A DNA stretch of 64,000 bases from a virus (taxonomy: Duplodnaviria; Caudoviricetes). The stretch spans positions 1 through 64,000 of the IMG/VR virus record IMGVR_UViG_2597489865_000010; one strand, given 5' to 3'. The position numbers and the translations under genes were made by a program. Every line of letters starts with the position of its first letter. The stretch's first letter is position 1. Positions 10,887 through 23,072 of this stretch are shown here, piece after piece. A model generated the notes under the pieces. It made no database searches and was not told the DNA's origin. It worked only from the letters and a program-made list of their open reading frames with translations.

Positions 10887-12201
10887 GAGCCTGTTTAGAA
10901 ATTTGTGTATTTGCCTGATTTTGATATGTTCAATCCAACATCAAAAACAGGTTAATTTATGGACGAAAAACAGTTGCAGGCTCTGGCTAACGAACTGGCC
11001 AAAAATCTCAAAACCCCTGAAGATCTCAGTCACTTCGATCGGCTGCTGAAAAAAATTAGCGTCGAAGCAGCTCCCAATGCCGAAATGACCCATCACCTCG
11101 GCTACGATAAAAATCAGCCTAAACCGGGGACCAACGCCCGCAACGGCTATTCCACAAAAACCGTTACCACTGGCGATGGCCCGCTGGCGCTGCGTACTCC
11201 GCGCGATCGTGACGGTTCCTTTGAACCGCAACTGGTGAAGAAGAACCAGACCCGGATTACCGGGATGGATAACCAGATTTTATCGTTGTACGCCAAAGGG
11301 ATGACCACCCGCGAGATCGCCGCCGCGTTTAAAGAGCTGTATGACGCCGATGTCTCGCCGGCGCTGGTTTCAAAGGTCACCGATGCGGTCATGGAGCAGG
11401 TTGTCGAATGGCAAAACCGGCCTCTGGATGCAGTCTATCCCATTGTTTATCTTGACTGTATCGTTCTAAAAGTCCGGCAGGACAGCCGCATCATCAACAA
11501 ATCTGTGTTCCTGGCGCTGGGCATCAACATCGAAGGCCAGAAAGAGTTGCTAGGTATGTGGCTGGCCGAAAATGAAGGCGCAAAGTTCTGGCTGAACGTG
11601 CTGACAGAGCTGAAAAACCGCGGCCTGAACGATATCCTTATCGCCTGCGTAGACGGGCTGAAAGGTTTCCCTGACGTTATTAACGCGGTGTATCCGGAGA
11701 CGCGGCTCCAGCTGTGTATCGTGCATATGGTGCGCAACAGCCTGCGGTTCGTCTCCTGGAAGGACTACAAGGCCGTCACCCGCGACCTGAAAGCTATCTA
11801 TCAGGCCCCTACGGAAGAAGCCGGCTTGCAGGCGCTGGAAGCGTTCTCCAGTGCCTGGGACATCCGCTACCCACAAATAAGTCGAAGCTGGCAGGCAAAC
11901 TGGGCCAATCTGGCCACGTTCTTTGCCTACCCAACGGACATCCGCAAGGTGATCTACACGACCAACGCCATCGAGTCGTTAAACAGCGTGATCCGGCATG
12001 CCATCAAAAAGCGCAAGGTGTTCCCGACCGACGACGCAGTGAAAAAGGTGGTGTGGCTGGCGATACAGGCAGCCTCACAGAAATGGACAATGCCTTTGAG
12101 GGACTGGCGCATGGCAATGAGCCGCTTTATTATCGAGTTCGGTGACCGCCTGGACGGTCACTTCTGAGAAAAGGCATTTACACAGAATCGTGTACAGGGT
12201 C
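10887..12201 (+). mobile_element. IS256-family element with full-length 402-aa transposase at 10959-12167
   Basis: Imperfect IRs GAGCCTGTTTAGAAATTTGTGT and ACACAGAATCGTGTACAGGGTC. Transposase motifs DGLKGF and YTTNAIESLN. No target duplication. Confidence 0.95.
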
Positions 12202-12263
12202 GAAAATCGGAATAACTGATCGGATGTCGCCGGAACAGCTGATCGGATACGTCGAAATCTGCA
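12202..12263 (+). mobile_element. IS21-family right-end remnant
   Basis: ...GATCGGATACGTCGAAATCTGCA matches the end at 43467. Confidence 0.88.
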
Positions 12264-12319
12264 GCGACCGCGTCCCACACCTTTTCACCCGCGTCTTTAA
12301 CGAAATTTAATAAACCCAT
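12264..12319 (-). pseudogene. kbp: 5' fragment of the BON/LysM potassium-binding protein Kbp (YgaU)
   Basis: Translates [18 protein letters not shown], compared with E. coli Yga[28 protein letters not shown]. Cut by the IS21 end. Confidence 0.8.
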
Positions 12320-12706
12320 TTCATTCTCCTCTCGGTAATCATCTCAAGTCAACGCCAATTAATTAGCACCGTAATAAAGTATAACATAACGGATTTACCC
12401 GCCAGATCGCGAGGGGAGCCAGGCGTTCAGCCTGGCGGCCGGTACCCCGCGCCCGGCATAACCGCGCTAAAACGAACCCCTAGCAGCGGCGCCATGGCGT
12501 GGCGACATTAACGCGGCACAAAGCATTAACGGCAGCGAAGGAAGGGTACGGCGTTTACGGCGTGTAGAGTGCGAAGAGAATAAATACAGCAGATACGCTG
12601 TCTATTACAGGCTGCGCCTAAAGGGCATGGCGTGGCTGTCATCAAAAATACACCTAAGGATAATATTACCGCTGTTTCCGTGAGCTAGGTTCGGTAAAAT
12701 CATATT

Positions 12707-12720
12707 TAAGAATATTCGCA
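12707..12720 (+). promoter_or_regulatory. RcsAB box
   Basis: TAAGAATATTCGCA matches the consensus TAAGAATATTCCTA at 12/14 positions, upstream of a yjbE-like gene. Confidence 0.55.
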
Positions 12721-12887
12721 GTCAACTTTATAAATTGCCGAGTTTCAGTACGTTATCTGACCTCATTTTCCAAGATAGTTCCGAATGATCCCGCCTCCAG
12801 CCATATCCGGTTTGTACCTGGTCACTTTATCGCATAACGTAGAAAAGCTGTACTCCCCCGTTAAACACTTAACAGTAGGAGGTAATT

Positions 12888-13121
12888 ATGTTGAAGAAGA
12901 TACTGATGACGGCCTTGGCGCTGTCTGCAATCGGCAGTTCGACCGTTTATGCGGCCGGCGCGGCCGGTACGACCACAGCGGCATCACAGAGCACTTCCGG
13001 TAGTGCCAGCAGCAGTGACGCCAGCTTTGTGTCCAGCTCCGTCGCCGCGGTGGCATCGGCCAGCGACCCGGAAAATACCGGCTCGTCTACGTCGACCTCA
13101 ACCACGACCGCCACGCAGTAA
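12888..13121 (+). CDS. YjbE-like small secreted Ser/Thr/Ala-rich protein
   Basis: Signal peptide plus low-complexity S/T/A body ending STSTTTATQ (YjbE ends TTTTSTQ). Strong AGGAGG RBS. Confidence 0.7.
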   Translation: MLKKILMTALALSAIGSSTVYAAGAAGTTTAASQSTSGSASSSDASFVSSSVAAVASASDPENTGSSTSTSTTTATQ

Positions 13122-13173
13122 CGCTGCGGACATCGCCTCAGGGAGGAAAACAGGCATTCGTTTGTCACACCTC

Positions 13174-13196
13174 AACCGGCATGAAGCCGGTTTTTT
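13174..13196 (+). terminator. Rho-independent terminator
   Basis: AACCGGC-atgaa-GCCGGTT hairpin followed by a T run. Confidence 0.8.
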
Positions 13197-13289
13197 ACTG
13201 CCCGTAAGCCGCCCGCCAGCGTAACGCCAGGCCGGCCGTTAGCCGTCAATAACCAAACGCATGTTTTCGCCGGTCAGCGCCGCGGTGGC

Positions 13290-13469
13290 TCAGTTCAGCG
13301 TATAGGCAAGGGCAAACAACAATGAGCACCGTTGCTGTTTGAGCTGGAGATGGCTTAAGCGCGTTAGGCAGCGGTAGGTGCGGGATTGCGCTTCAACCCA
13401 CTGGCTACGCCGGCGCTGGACCTGACGCTGCATGCGCCAGCGGCTGACTTCGTTACGACTTCGTTTCAT
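13290..13469 (-). CDS. yciY: YciY family small protein
   Basis: MKRSRNEVSRWRMQRQ...SLLFA; syntenic with clsA. Confidence 0.85.
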   Translation of the reverse strand: MKRSRNEVSRWRMQRQVQRRRSQWVEAQSRTYRCLTRLSHLQLKQQRCSLLFALAYTLN

Positions 13470-13642
13470 CACTAAGACCTTTAAACGGGCTTGAACCAAC
13501 GGACGCCATTATAGCCATTTTTCCCGCCATGCCAAGCCGCACGCGGCTTGCGGGCATCACGCGTCCAGTAAAACAATTTCCTCTTTGCTCCCCTTATGCG
13601 TAAACTTAGGCTAACGCTCCGCGAACAGGATTTTTCGCCCCT

Positions 13643-15103
13643 ATGACAACGCTTTATACCGTAATCAACTGGCTATTGCTCTTCGGCTATTGGTTGTTGA
13701 TCGCAGGCGTCACCCTGCGGGTAATGATGAAACGTCGCGCGGTGCCTTCCGCCATGGCCTGGCTGCTGGTCATCTATATTCTGCCGCTGGTGGGGATTAT
13801 TACTTATCTGTTATTCGGCGAGCTCAACCTGGGTAAACGCCGCGCCGAGCGTAGTAAAGCGCTCTGGCCCTCCACCGCCCAATGGATTGAAGATCTGAAA
13901 GGGTGTCGTCGCATTTTTGCCAGTGAAAATAGCGAAGTGGCTCGCTCTTTGTTTCAGCTCTGCGAGCACCGACAGGGCATGGGCGGCCTGAAAGGTAATC
14001 AAATGCAGCTGCTGACCAGTACCGATGATGCGCTGCGGGCGCTGATTCGCGATATCGGTCTAGCGCAAAACAATATTGAGATGGTGTTCTATATCTGGCA
14101 GGCCGGCGGCCTGGTGGACCAGGTAGCGGAAGCGTTAATGGCCGCGGCGCTGCGCGGCGTACGCTGCCGGCTCATGCTCGATTCGGCCGGCAGCGTGGCG
14201 TTTTTTCGCAGTCCCTACCCCGCGCTGCTGCGCGACGCCGGCGTGAATGTAGTGGAAGCGCTGCACGTCAGTATCCTGCGCGTATTTCTGCGCCGTATGG
14301 ATTTACGCCAGCATCGCAAAATGGTGCTGATTGACAATTACATCGCCTACACCGGCAGCATGAACATGGTGGATCCGCGCTTCTTCAAACAGGACACCGG
14401 TGTTGGCCAGTGGATCGATATCATGGCGCGTATGGAAGGACCGGTGGCCACCGCCATGGGCATCATCTTCTCCTGCGATTGGGAAATAGAAACCGGCGAG
14501 CGCATTTTGCCGCCGCCCCCCGACGTCAATATCATGCCGTTTGAACAGGCGACGGAACATACCATACAAGTCATCGCCTCGGGGCCGGGGTTTCCCGAGG
14601 GCGTCATTCATCAGGCCTTGCTCACCTCTATCTACGCGGCGCGCGAGCAACTGGTTATGACCACGCCCTATCTGGTGCCGAGCGATGATTTGCTGCACGC
14701 CATCTGTACCGCGGCGCAGCGCGGCGTGGAAGTCCATATCATCGTTCCGCGTCATAACGATTCAATGCTGGTGGGCTGGGCCAGCCGAGCCTTCTTCGCC
14801 GAGCTGCTGGAAGCCGGCGTGTTAATCCATAAGTTCGAGGGCGGCCTGCTGCATACCAAAAGCGTGTTGGTGGATGGCCAATTAAGTCTGGTGGGAACGG
14901 TAAATCTGGATATGCGCAGCCTGTGGCTGAATTTTGAGATAACGCTGGTCATTGACGATGACGATTTCGGCAGCGATCTGGCGCGGGTGCAGGAGGATTA
15001 TCTAGCCCGGTCGCGGCTTATCGAGGCCAGAGTCTGGTCGAAGCGTCCCTACTGGCAGCGTATCGTCGAGCGGCTGTTCTACTTTTTCAGTCCATTGCTG
15101 TAA
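13643..15103 (+). CDS. clsA: Cardiolipin synthase A
   Basis: 486 aa with two HKD motifs ([16 protein letters not shown]) and N-terminal TM segments. Confidence 0.97.
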   Translation: MTTLYTVINWLLLFGYWLLIAGVTLRVMMKRRAVPSAMAWLLVIYILPLVGIITYLLFGELNLGKRRAERSKALWPSTAQWIEDLKGCRRIFASENSEVARSLFQLCEHRQGMGGLKGNQMQLLTSTDDALRALIRDIGLAQNNIEMVFYIWQAGGLVDQVAEALMAAALRGVRCRLMLDSAGSVAFFRSPYPALLRDAGVNVVEALHVSILRVFLRRMDLRQHRKMVLIDNYIAYTGSMNMVDPRFFKQDTGVGQWIDIMARMEGPVATAMGIIFSCDWEIETGERILPPPPDVNIMPFEQATEHTIQVIASGPGFPEGVIHQALLTSIYAAREQLVMTTPYLVPSDDLLHAICTAAQRGVEVHIIVPRHNDSMLVGWASRAFFAELLEAGVLIHKFEGGLLHTKSVLVDGQLSLVGTVNLDMRSLWLNFEITLVIDDDDFGSDLARVQEDYLARSRLIEARVWSKRPYWQRIVERLFYFFSPLL

Positions 15104-15151
15104 TTTTGCCAGACGGCATGCTGTAATAGCGCCAATTCAGTTAACGGGACA

Positions 15152-15481
15152 GTGATGATGGATCTGGACAATCTTCTGACGGATGACGAAACGCTCGAAG
15201 CGGCCTACGATATTTTTCTCGAACTGGCGCAGGATAATCTCGATCTGGCGGATATCCTGCTGTTCAATTTGCAATTTGAACAGCGGGGCGCGGCAGAGGT
15301 GTTTGACCCCTCAGAGGCGTGGCATGAGCAGGTGGATTTCGATCTCAACCCCGATCTGTTCGCCGAAGTGGTGATAGGGCTGGCGGAACAGGACAGGATG
15401 GCGGTCAACGACGTGTTTGCGCGTATCCTGATTTGCCGCGCCCGCACCGAGAAAGTCTGCCACATCTTGTGGAAGGAGTGA
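15152..15481 (+). CDS. yciU: YciU (HI1450-family acidic dsDNA-mimic protein)
   Basis: Acidic 109 aa, [13 protein letters not shown] motif; cls-yciU-oppF synteny. Confidence 0.92.
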   Translation: MMMDLDNLLTDDETLEAAYDIFLELAQDNLDLADILLFNLQFEQRGAAEVFDPSEAWHEQVDFDLNPDLFAEVVIGLAEQDRMAVNDVFARILICRARTEKVCHILWKE

Positions 15482-15610
15482 GTCGAATCGCGTCCGCGGT
15501 AGGCATCCGCCGGGCTTGCGCCGCCCCTTGAGAAAAAGCCGGTTCGGCGCGGGCGGTCAACTGACGCCCGGCCGCGGCGAAAGCCGACCCGCCGCCGGGC
15601 GGGTCAGGCG

Positions 15611-16626
15611 CTATTGCGCCAGTTGGGCAACATCCACCTTGATGCAGGAGCAGGCGTGGCGGAAACTGCCCTGTAGGATAGGCCGCGTCACGGCGCACGT
15701 CTCGTCGGCCATCGGGCAGCGAGTACGGAACACACACCCCGACGGCGGGTTAATCGGCGATGGCAAATCCCCCTCCAACAGCTGAATTTCCTTATTACGC
15801 TCTTTATCCGGGTCCGGAATCGGCACCGCCGACATTAAAGCGCGCGTATAGGATGCTGTGGATTGTGGTACACCTGATCATAGGTACCGAGCTCCACCGC
15901 GTGGCCGAGATACATCACCAGAACCCGATCAGAGATATGCTTGACCACCGCCAAATCGTGGGCAATGAAGATTAACGACAGCCCCATTTCCCGCTGCAGC
16001 TGCTGTAGCAAATTCACCACCTGCGCCTGAATCGACACATCCAGCGCCGATACGGGTTCATCGCAAATCACCAGCTTGGGCTCGAGGATGAGCGCGCGGG
16101 CAATACCAATGCGCTGGCATTGACTACCGGAAAACTCGTGGGGATAGCGGTTGATAAGGTTGGGCAGCAGCCCGACCTTCATCATCATGTTGCGCACTTT
16201 TTCCTTCACTTCCCGGCGCGGCATTATCGGGAAATAGGTTTGCAGCGGTTCCGCGATAATGTCGCCAATGGTCATACGGGGGTTTAACGAGGCCAGCGGA
16301 TCCTGGAAAATCATCTGGATATCGCTGCGCGTGGCGCGCCACTGCGCCGTATTCATATCCTGCAACTCTTTCCCCAGCCAGGCGATGCGCCCGCTGGTGG
16401 CCTTGACCAGACCAATCAGCGCCCGGGCAAACGTCGATTTGCCGCAGCCGGACTCGCCGACCACGCCAAGGGTTTCGCCCTCGTACAGCCGCAGGGACAC
16501 GCCATCCACCGCCTTCAGGCTTTTGGCGGGCTGCCAGAACCACTGTTTATCCCCTTTGACGTCGAAATAGACCTTTAAATTGTCGACGTCGAGAATGACT
16601 TTCTTCTTGTCGGCCAGGGTGCTCAT
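15611..16626 (-). pseudogene. oppF: Oligopeptide ABC ATPase OppF, frameshifted
   Basis: Walker A GESGCGKS. Frameshift near 15845 in HPYT; the C-terminal part is ORF 15611-15835. The signature motif is mutated (FSGSQ). Confidence 0.92.
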
Positions 16627-17649
16627 ACCAGCTCCTCCAATGGCTTATAACAGGCGCGCAGGCGCTGATCGCCAAAGCGTTCCAGCGGCGGCATGGTGGC
16701 GCAAATATCCATTGAATAAGGACAGCGCGGCTGGAACGGACACCCCTTGGGTAAGCGCAACAGATTAGGCGGATTGCCGGGGGATGGTGGTCATAATGGC
16801 GCTGCCGTCGGCATCCAAACGCGGCACCGCCGCCAGCAGGCCGATGGAATAAGGATGACTCGGGCGATAGAACACATCCCGCGCCTTGCCGTACTCCATG
16901 GTGCGGCCGGCGTACATCACCAATACCCGATCGCAGATGCCGGCCACTACGCCCAGATCGTGGGTGATCATGATAATGGCGGTATTAAACTCGCGTTTGA
17001 GTTCGTTGAGTAAATTCATGATTTGCGCCTGGACCGTTACATCCAGCGCGGTGGTCGGCTCATCGGCGATCAGCAGTTTCGGTCGGCACAGCAGCGCCAT
17101 GGCGATCATTACCCGCTGGCGCATGCCGCCGGAAAACTCATGGGGATACATACGCATCCGCTTGCGCGCTTCGGACATTTTCACCGCATCCAGCATACGC
17201 ACGGACTCGGTGAAGGCGTCATGCTTACTTATCCGTTTATGCAACTGCAGCACTTCCATCAATTGATCGCCCACGCGCATGTAGGGATTCAATGAGGTCA
17301 TCGGATCCTGGAAAATCATCGAAATCTGCTCGGCGCGCAGTTTATTTAATTGCTTTTCCGGCAGGTTGAGGATTTCGCGGCCGTTAAACATCGCGCTACC
17401 GTCGATACGGCCATTGCCCGCCAGCAGCCCCATCAACGCGAAAGCGGTTTGGGACTTGCCCGAACCGGACTCGCCGACGATGCCCAGCGTCTCGCCGGCG
17501 CGCAAGGTAAAATTCAGATCGTTGACCACGGTCACCTCGCCATCCTGGGTAGCGAAAGTGACCCGCAAGTCGCGCACATCCAGCAGCGCCGGCGCGGCGG
17601 TGTCCGCAGGCGTCATCGCGCCCGGCACCGAAGTGTGATTCGTGCTCAA
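16623..17649 (-). pseudogene. oppD: Oligopeptide ABC ATPase OppD, frameshifted
   Basis: GESGSGKS and FSGGMRQR motifs. One extra base in the C run at about 16780 (IPGNPP). Confidence 0.92.
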
Positions 17650-17660
17650 CGCGGCACTCC

Positions 17661-18559
17661 TTAACGGTCTTTCGGATCGAGGGCGTCACGCAACCCATCG
17701 CCGATAAAGTTAAAACAAAATAACGTCACCACCAGAAGCAGCGCTGGGAAAATCAGCAGCCAGGGAGAGACCTCCATCGAGTTGGCGCCATCGCTCAACA
17801 AATCGCCCCAGCTGGACAGCGGCTCCTGGGTACCGAGCCCGAGAAAGCTCAGGAAAGACTCAAACAGAATCATGCTCGGCACCAACAGCGACGCGTATAC
17901 CACCACCACACCCAGTACGTTCGGCACGATGTGACGCAGAATAATGTTGCGGGTGGACACGCCGCTGACGATCGCCGCCTCGATAAATTCTTTACGCTTG
18001 AGGCCCAGCGTCTGGCCGCGGACGATACGGGCCATATCCAGCCAGGAAACTAACCCGATGGCGACGAAAATCAAAAAGATGTTCTGCCCGAAAAACGTCA
18101 CCAGCAGGATGACGAAAAACATGAACGGAAACGAGTTAAGGATTTCCAGCAGCCGCATCATCAGAGAATCGACCTTGCCACCGAGATAACCGGACATCGC
18201 GCCATATAACGTCCCCACCACCACCGCCACCAGCGCGGCGGCAATGCCCACCATCAGCGAGATACGTCCGCCGATGGCCACCCGCACCAGCAAATCACGA
18301 CCGGAGGAATCAGTGCCGAAATAGTGCTGGGAGGCGATATCCGGCGCGTTGGACATCATGGCCCAGTCGGTATCGTCATAGCGGAAAGCGGACAACGACG
18401 GCGCCAATATCACGAACAGCGCAATCAGCAGCAGGATAAACAAGCTGGTCAGTGCCGCTTTGTTATGGATAAAGCGTCGGCCCACAGGCTGCGGCCCTCC
18501 ACTTCCAATTATTCACTGAATTTCTCCAGAGCTTCGCTATTTTTCTTACTCACAATCAT
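17661..18559 (-). pseudogene. oppC: Oligopeptide ABC permease OppC with 5' lesions
   Basis: Native start MIVSKKNSEALEKFSE is followed by TAA, and there is a deletion near 18485. The remaining 274-aa ORF ends DGLRDALDPKDR. Confidence 0.88.
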
Positions 18560-18574
18560 TTGCGCGCTCCAGCG

Positions 18575-20559
18575 TCAATAACGGATTTTCGGGTCGATAA
18601 CCGCATACAGGACATCGACAATGGCGTTAAACAAGATGGTCAAGGTGCCCAACAGAATGGTCAGGCTCAGCACCAGCGAATAATCGCGGTTGAGCGCGCC
18701 GTTCACAAACAGCTGGCCAATACCGGGCAGATCATAAATCGTTTCTATCACCATTGAGCCGGTAATAATGCCCACAAACGCCGGTCCCATGTACGAAATG
18801 ACCGGCAGCAGCGCCGGCTTCAAGGCGTGGCTGAAAATAATCCGCCGCATCGGCAATCCTTTGGCGCGCGCGGTGCGGATAAAATTGGAATGCAGCACTT
18901 CAATCATCGAACCGCGGGTTATGCGGGCGATGCTGGCGATATAAGCCAGAGAAAGCGCGACCATTGGCAAAATAACAAATTTGGGCTCGCCGCCGTTCCA
19001 GCCGCCACCGGGCAACCATTTGAGCGTGATGGCGAAAATCAGCACCAGCAGCGGCGCCACCACGAAACTGGGAATGACCACGCCGGTCATCGCGAACCCC
19101 ATTGCGAGATAGGCCCATTTGGTGTTCTGCTTGAGCGCCGCCATGACGCCCGCAGCGACCCCGACCACTACCGCCAGCAAAAATGCCGCGAGGCCGAGCT
19201 TGGCCGAGACGGGGAATGAGTTGGCCACCAGATCGTTGACCAAGTAGTCTTTATATGGCTTTGTTGAATAAATCGAACTTTTAGGTGACTGGCGGCTCTG
19301 ATCACTACATTCGTTTCAACATCAGGTCCCCATGGCAAAGCAAAAGTTTAAAATCACCAACTGGCCCGCATACAACAATGCGCTCAGGCAGCGGGGGGAC
19401 CTGACAGTATGGCTTGATGAGTCAGCCATTGCTGCATGGACTGAGAGTACACCACCTGAACATCGTGGCCGGCCGCTTCACTACACCGATATGGCCATTA
19501 CCACGGTTCTGATGATAAAGCGCGTGTTTAACCTTTCGCTCCGGGCGTTACAGGGTTTCGTTGACGCGATTTTTAAACTGATGGGGCTGTCGCTGCGCTG
19601 CCCAGATTACTCTCTGGTCAGCCGGCGAGCAAAAACCGTCGACATCAGCATAAAAACGCCAACCCGCGGCGAAATCTCACACCTGGTCATCGATGGCACC
19701 GGCCTGAAAATCTTCGGCGAAGGCGAATGGAAAGTCAGGCAGCATGGGGCTGAGAGGCGCAGAGTATGGCGCAAGCTTCATCTGGCAGTAGATAGCGCGA
19801 CACATGAAATTATCTGTGTCGATTTATCGCTAAGCGGTACGACAGATGCGCAGGCGCTGCCCGGGCTGATTAACCAAACCCACCGGAAAATCAGGGAAGC
19901 GTCGGCTGACAGTGCTTACGATACGCGTTACTGTCATGATGCTCTGGTGAGGAAAAAAATAAAGCCGCTTATCCCACCGCGAAGTGGTGCGCAATATTGG
20001 CCAGCTCGATACCATGAGCGTAACCATGCGGTGGCAAATCAGCATCTGAGCGGCAATAACGATACCTGGAAAAAGAAAGTAGGTTATCACCGGCGTTCAC
20101 TGGCTGAAACGGCCATGTTCCAGTTTAAAACACTTCTGGGTGGTCATCTGAGTCTGCATGACTATGACGCGCAGGTAGGTGAGGCTATGGCAATGGTCAA
20201 AGCGCTTAACCGGATCACGCTGTTAGGAATGCCAAACAGCGTTCGCATCATGTAACAATCGCCCTGATAGGGAGGAAGTCGTCACAAATTTCGGATTTAT
20301 TCAACAAAGCGTCTTTATATTTAAACGACGGACCGAAATCACCGTGGGCCAGCTGCACTAAATAATTGCCGTATTGCGTGAGGATGGGATCGTTCAGATG
20401 ATATTTGGCTTCTATGTTGGCCATCACTTCCGGCGGCAGGTTGCGCTTGCCGGTAAACGGGCTGCCGGGCGCCAGGCGCATCATAAAAAATGAGATGGTG
20501 ATCAGAATGAACAGCGTTGGAATCGCTTCCAGCAGCCGTCGGAGAATAAACTTTACCAT
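18575..20559 (-). pseudogene. oppB: Oligopeptide ABC permease OppB, interrupted by IS903
   Basis: MVKFILRRLLEAIPTL...SFKYKD | IS | ...IDPKIRY. Confidence 0.93.
19257..20311 (+). mobile_element. IS903-group element with intact transposase at 19332-20255
   Basis: Both IRs present; target duplication TCTTTATAT. Confidence 0.97.
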
Positions 20560-20657
20560 TACCAGACCTATAACATAGCAGTAGACGATAAAGCGTTTGT
20601 AGAACAAACAGGCCATGACCGCCAGCGGTCTGCCCTGTTGTCACGCGTTAAACATCC

Positions 20658-21415
20658 TTATTGTTTGATAATGTATAGATCTTTTACATATACATTATCC
20701 AGCGGATCTTTACCGGTATAACCCCCTACGTAAGGTTTAACCAAACGGGCGTTAACATAGTAATACACCGGGACGATTGCCGAGTCTTTATCCAACTGCT
20801 GTTCCGCCTGCTGATAGAATCCGGCGCGCGCATCTTCCGAACCGGCCTGTAGGGCCTGGACCAGCAGTTTGTCAAATGCCGGACTCTTATAATGTGCGCT
20901 GTTGTTGGAGCTGTTGGACTGCATAATGTTCAGGAAAGACGTCGGTTCATTATAATCCGCACACCAGCCGGCCCGGGAGACGTCGAAATTGCCCTGATGG
21001 CGGGTGTCCAGGAAAGTTTTCCATTCCTGATTTTCCAACTTCACATTCACGCCCAGGTTCTTTTTCCAGATGGACGCCACGGCGATAGCCAGCTTTTTGT
21101 GCAGATCCGAGGTGTTGTACAGTAAATCAAAGGTCAGCGGTTTATCTTTAGTGTAACCCGCCTCGGCCAACAATTTACGCGCCTCCTCGTTGCGCTTCTC
21201 CTGCGACCAGCCGGACCATTCCGGCGCCGTCAGCTTAGCACCGTCGGTGTAGGGCGGCGTAAAGCCGTAGGCCGGAAGATCGCCCTGCGCTTTCACTTTG
21301 TTGACGATGATATCGCGATCCAAGCCGAGCTTCAGCGCGGTACGCACGCGCGCATCGGTGAACGGCGCCTTCTGGTTATTGATTTCGTAATAATAGGTGC
21401 ACAGGTAGGGATCAA
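20658..21415 (-). pseudogene. oppA: Oligopeptide-binding protein OppA, 3' half only
   Basis: DPYLCTYYYEINNQKAPF...RAGWCADYNEPTSFLN. The 5' half is replaced at about 21416 by a transposon-type end. Confidence 0.92.
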
Positions 21416-21513
21416 TGTAGCGATGCAAAATATTCTGGACTAATTTGCAAACAATTCTGGACTCCCTAAAACCCTAAAAAATAGCTATTTTGGACAGTCC
21501 AGAATTGGTTACA
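21416..21513. mobile_element. Mu-like (or Tn7-like) element end with three transposase-binding repeats
   Basis: Starts TGT at the oppA breakpoint. Repeats TGCAAAATATTCTGGACT (21424) and TGCAAACAATTCTGGACT (21446) are 22 bp apart. An inverted copy TGTAACCAATTCTGGACT lies at 21496-21513. Confidence 0.7.
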
Positions 21514-21737
21514 AAATTTATAGCTAAGGTAGACGTCAATGTAGTTATCGTATCTGTTAAGTTATGCAGCGAGAGATTTCTGCTCCCGATTTAGCCAAAC
21601 TTCGTCCTGACAACTCCGGTTCCGTGTTTGACCTGACCACAGGTTAGATTACGGATTTTGACGGCCACACAGATCTATTTTCGTTTCTCCAGCGACTCCC
21701 CATTTTCTGCGGAGATACAGCTGATTGGGGAGTCACA

Positions 21738-23053
21738 GAGCCTGTTTAGAAATTTGTGTATTTGCCTGATTTTGATATGTTCAATCCAACATCAAAAACA
21801 GGTTAATTTATGGACGAAAAACAGTTGCAGGCTCTGGCTAACGAACTGGCCAAAAATCTCAAAACCCCTGAAGATCTCGGTCACTTCGATCGGCTGCTGA
21901 AAAAAATCAGCGTCGAAGCAGCTCTCAATGCCGAAATGACCCATCACCTCGGCTACGATAAAAATCAGCCTAAACCGGGGACCAACGCCCGCAACGGCTA
22001 TTCCACAAAAACCGTTACCACTGGCGATGGCCCGCTGGCGCTGCGTACTCCGCGCGATCGTGACGGTTCCTTTGAACCGCAACTGGTGAAGAAGAACCAG
22101 ACCCGGATTACCGGGATGGATAACCAGATTTTATCGTTGTACGCCAAAGGGATGACCACCCGCGAGATCGCCGCCGCGTTCAAAGAGCTGTATAACGCCG
22201 ATGCCTCGCCGGCGCTGGTCTCAAAGGTCACCGATGCGGTCATGGAGCAGGTTGTCGAATGGCAAAACCGGCCTCTGGATGCAGTTTATCCCATTGTTTA
22301 TCTTGACTGTATCGTTCTAAAAGTCCGGCAGGACAGCCGCATCATCAACAAATCTGTGTTCCTGGCGCTGGGTATCAACATCCGAAGGCCAGAAAGAGTT
22401 GCTAGGTATGTGGCTGGCCGAAAATGAAGGCGCAAAGTTCTGGCTGAACGTGCTGACAGAGCTGAAAAACCGCGGCCTGAACGATATCCTTATCGCCTGC
22501 GTAGACGGGCTGAAAGGCTTCCCTGACGCTATTAACGCGGTGTATCCGGAGGCGCGGCTCCAGCTGTGTATCGTGCATATGGTGCGCAACAGCCTGCGGT
22601 TCGTCTCCTGGAAGGACTACAAGGCCGTCACCCGCGACCTGAAAGCTATCTATCAGGCCCCTATGGAAGAAGCCGGCTTACAGGCGCTGGAAGCGTTCTC
22701 CAGTGCCTGGGACATCCGCTACCCGCAAATAAGTCGAAGCTGGCAGGCAAACTGGGCCAATCTGGCCACGTTCTTTGCCTACCCAACGGACATCCGCAAG
22801 GTGATCTACACGACCAACGCCATCGAGTCGTTAAACAGCGTGATCCGGCATGCCATCAAAAAGCGCAAGGTGTTCCCGACCGACGACGCAGTGAAAAGGG
22901 TGGTGTGGCTGGCGATACAGGCGGCCTCACAGAAATGGACAATGCCTTTGAGGGACTGGCGCATGGCAATGAGCCGCTTTATTATCGAGTTCGGTGACCG
23001 CCTGGACGGTCACTTCTGAGAAAAGGCATTTACACAGAATCCGGTACGGGCTC
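21738..23053 (+). mobile_element. IS256-family element, transposase frameshifted
   Basis: Both ends present; +1 base near 22383 gives ORFs 21810-22427 and 22399-23019. No target duplication. Confidence 0.95.
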
Positions 23054-23072
23054 CGCGGGTGTATGGCTGAAG

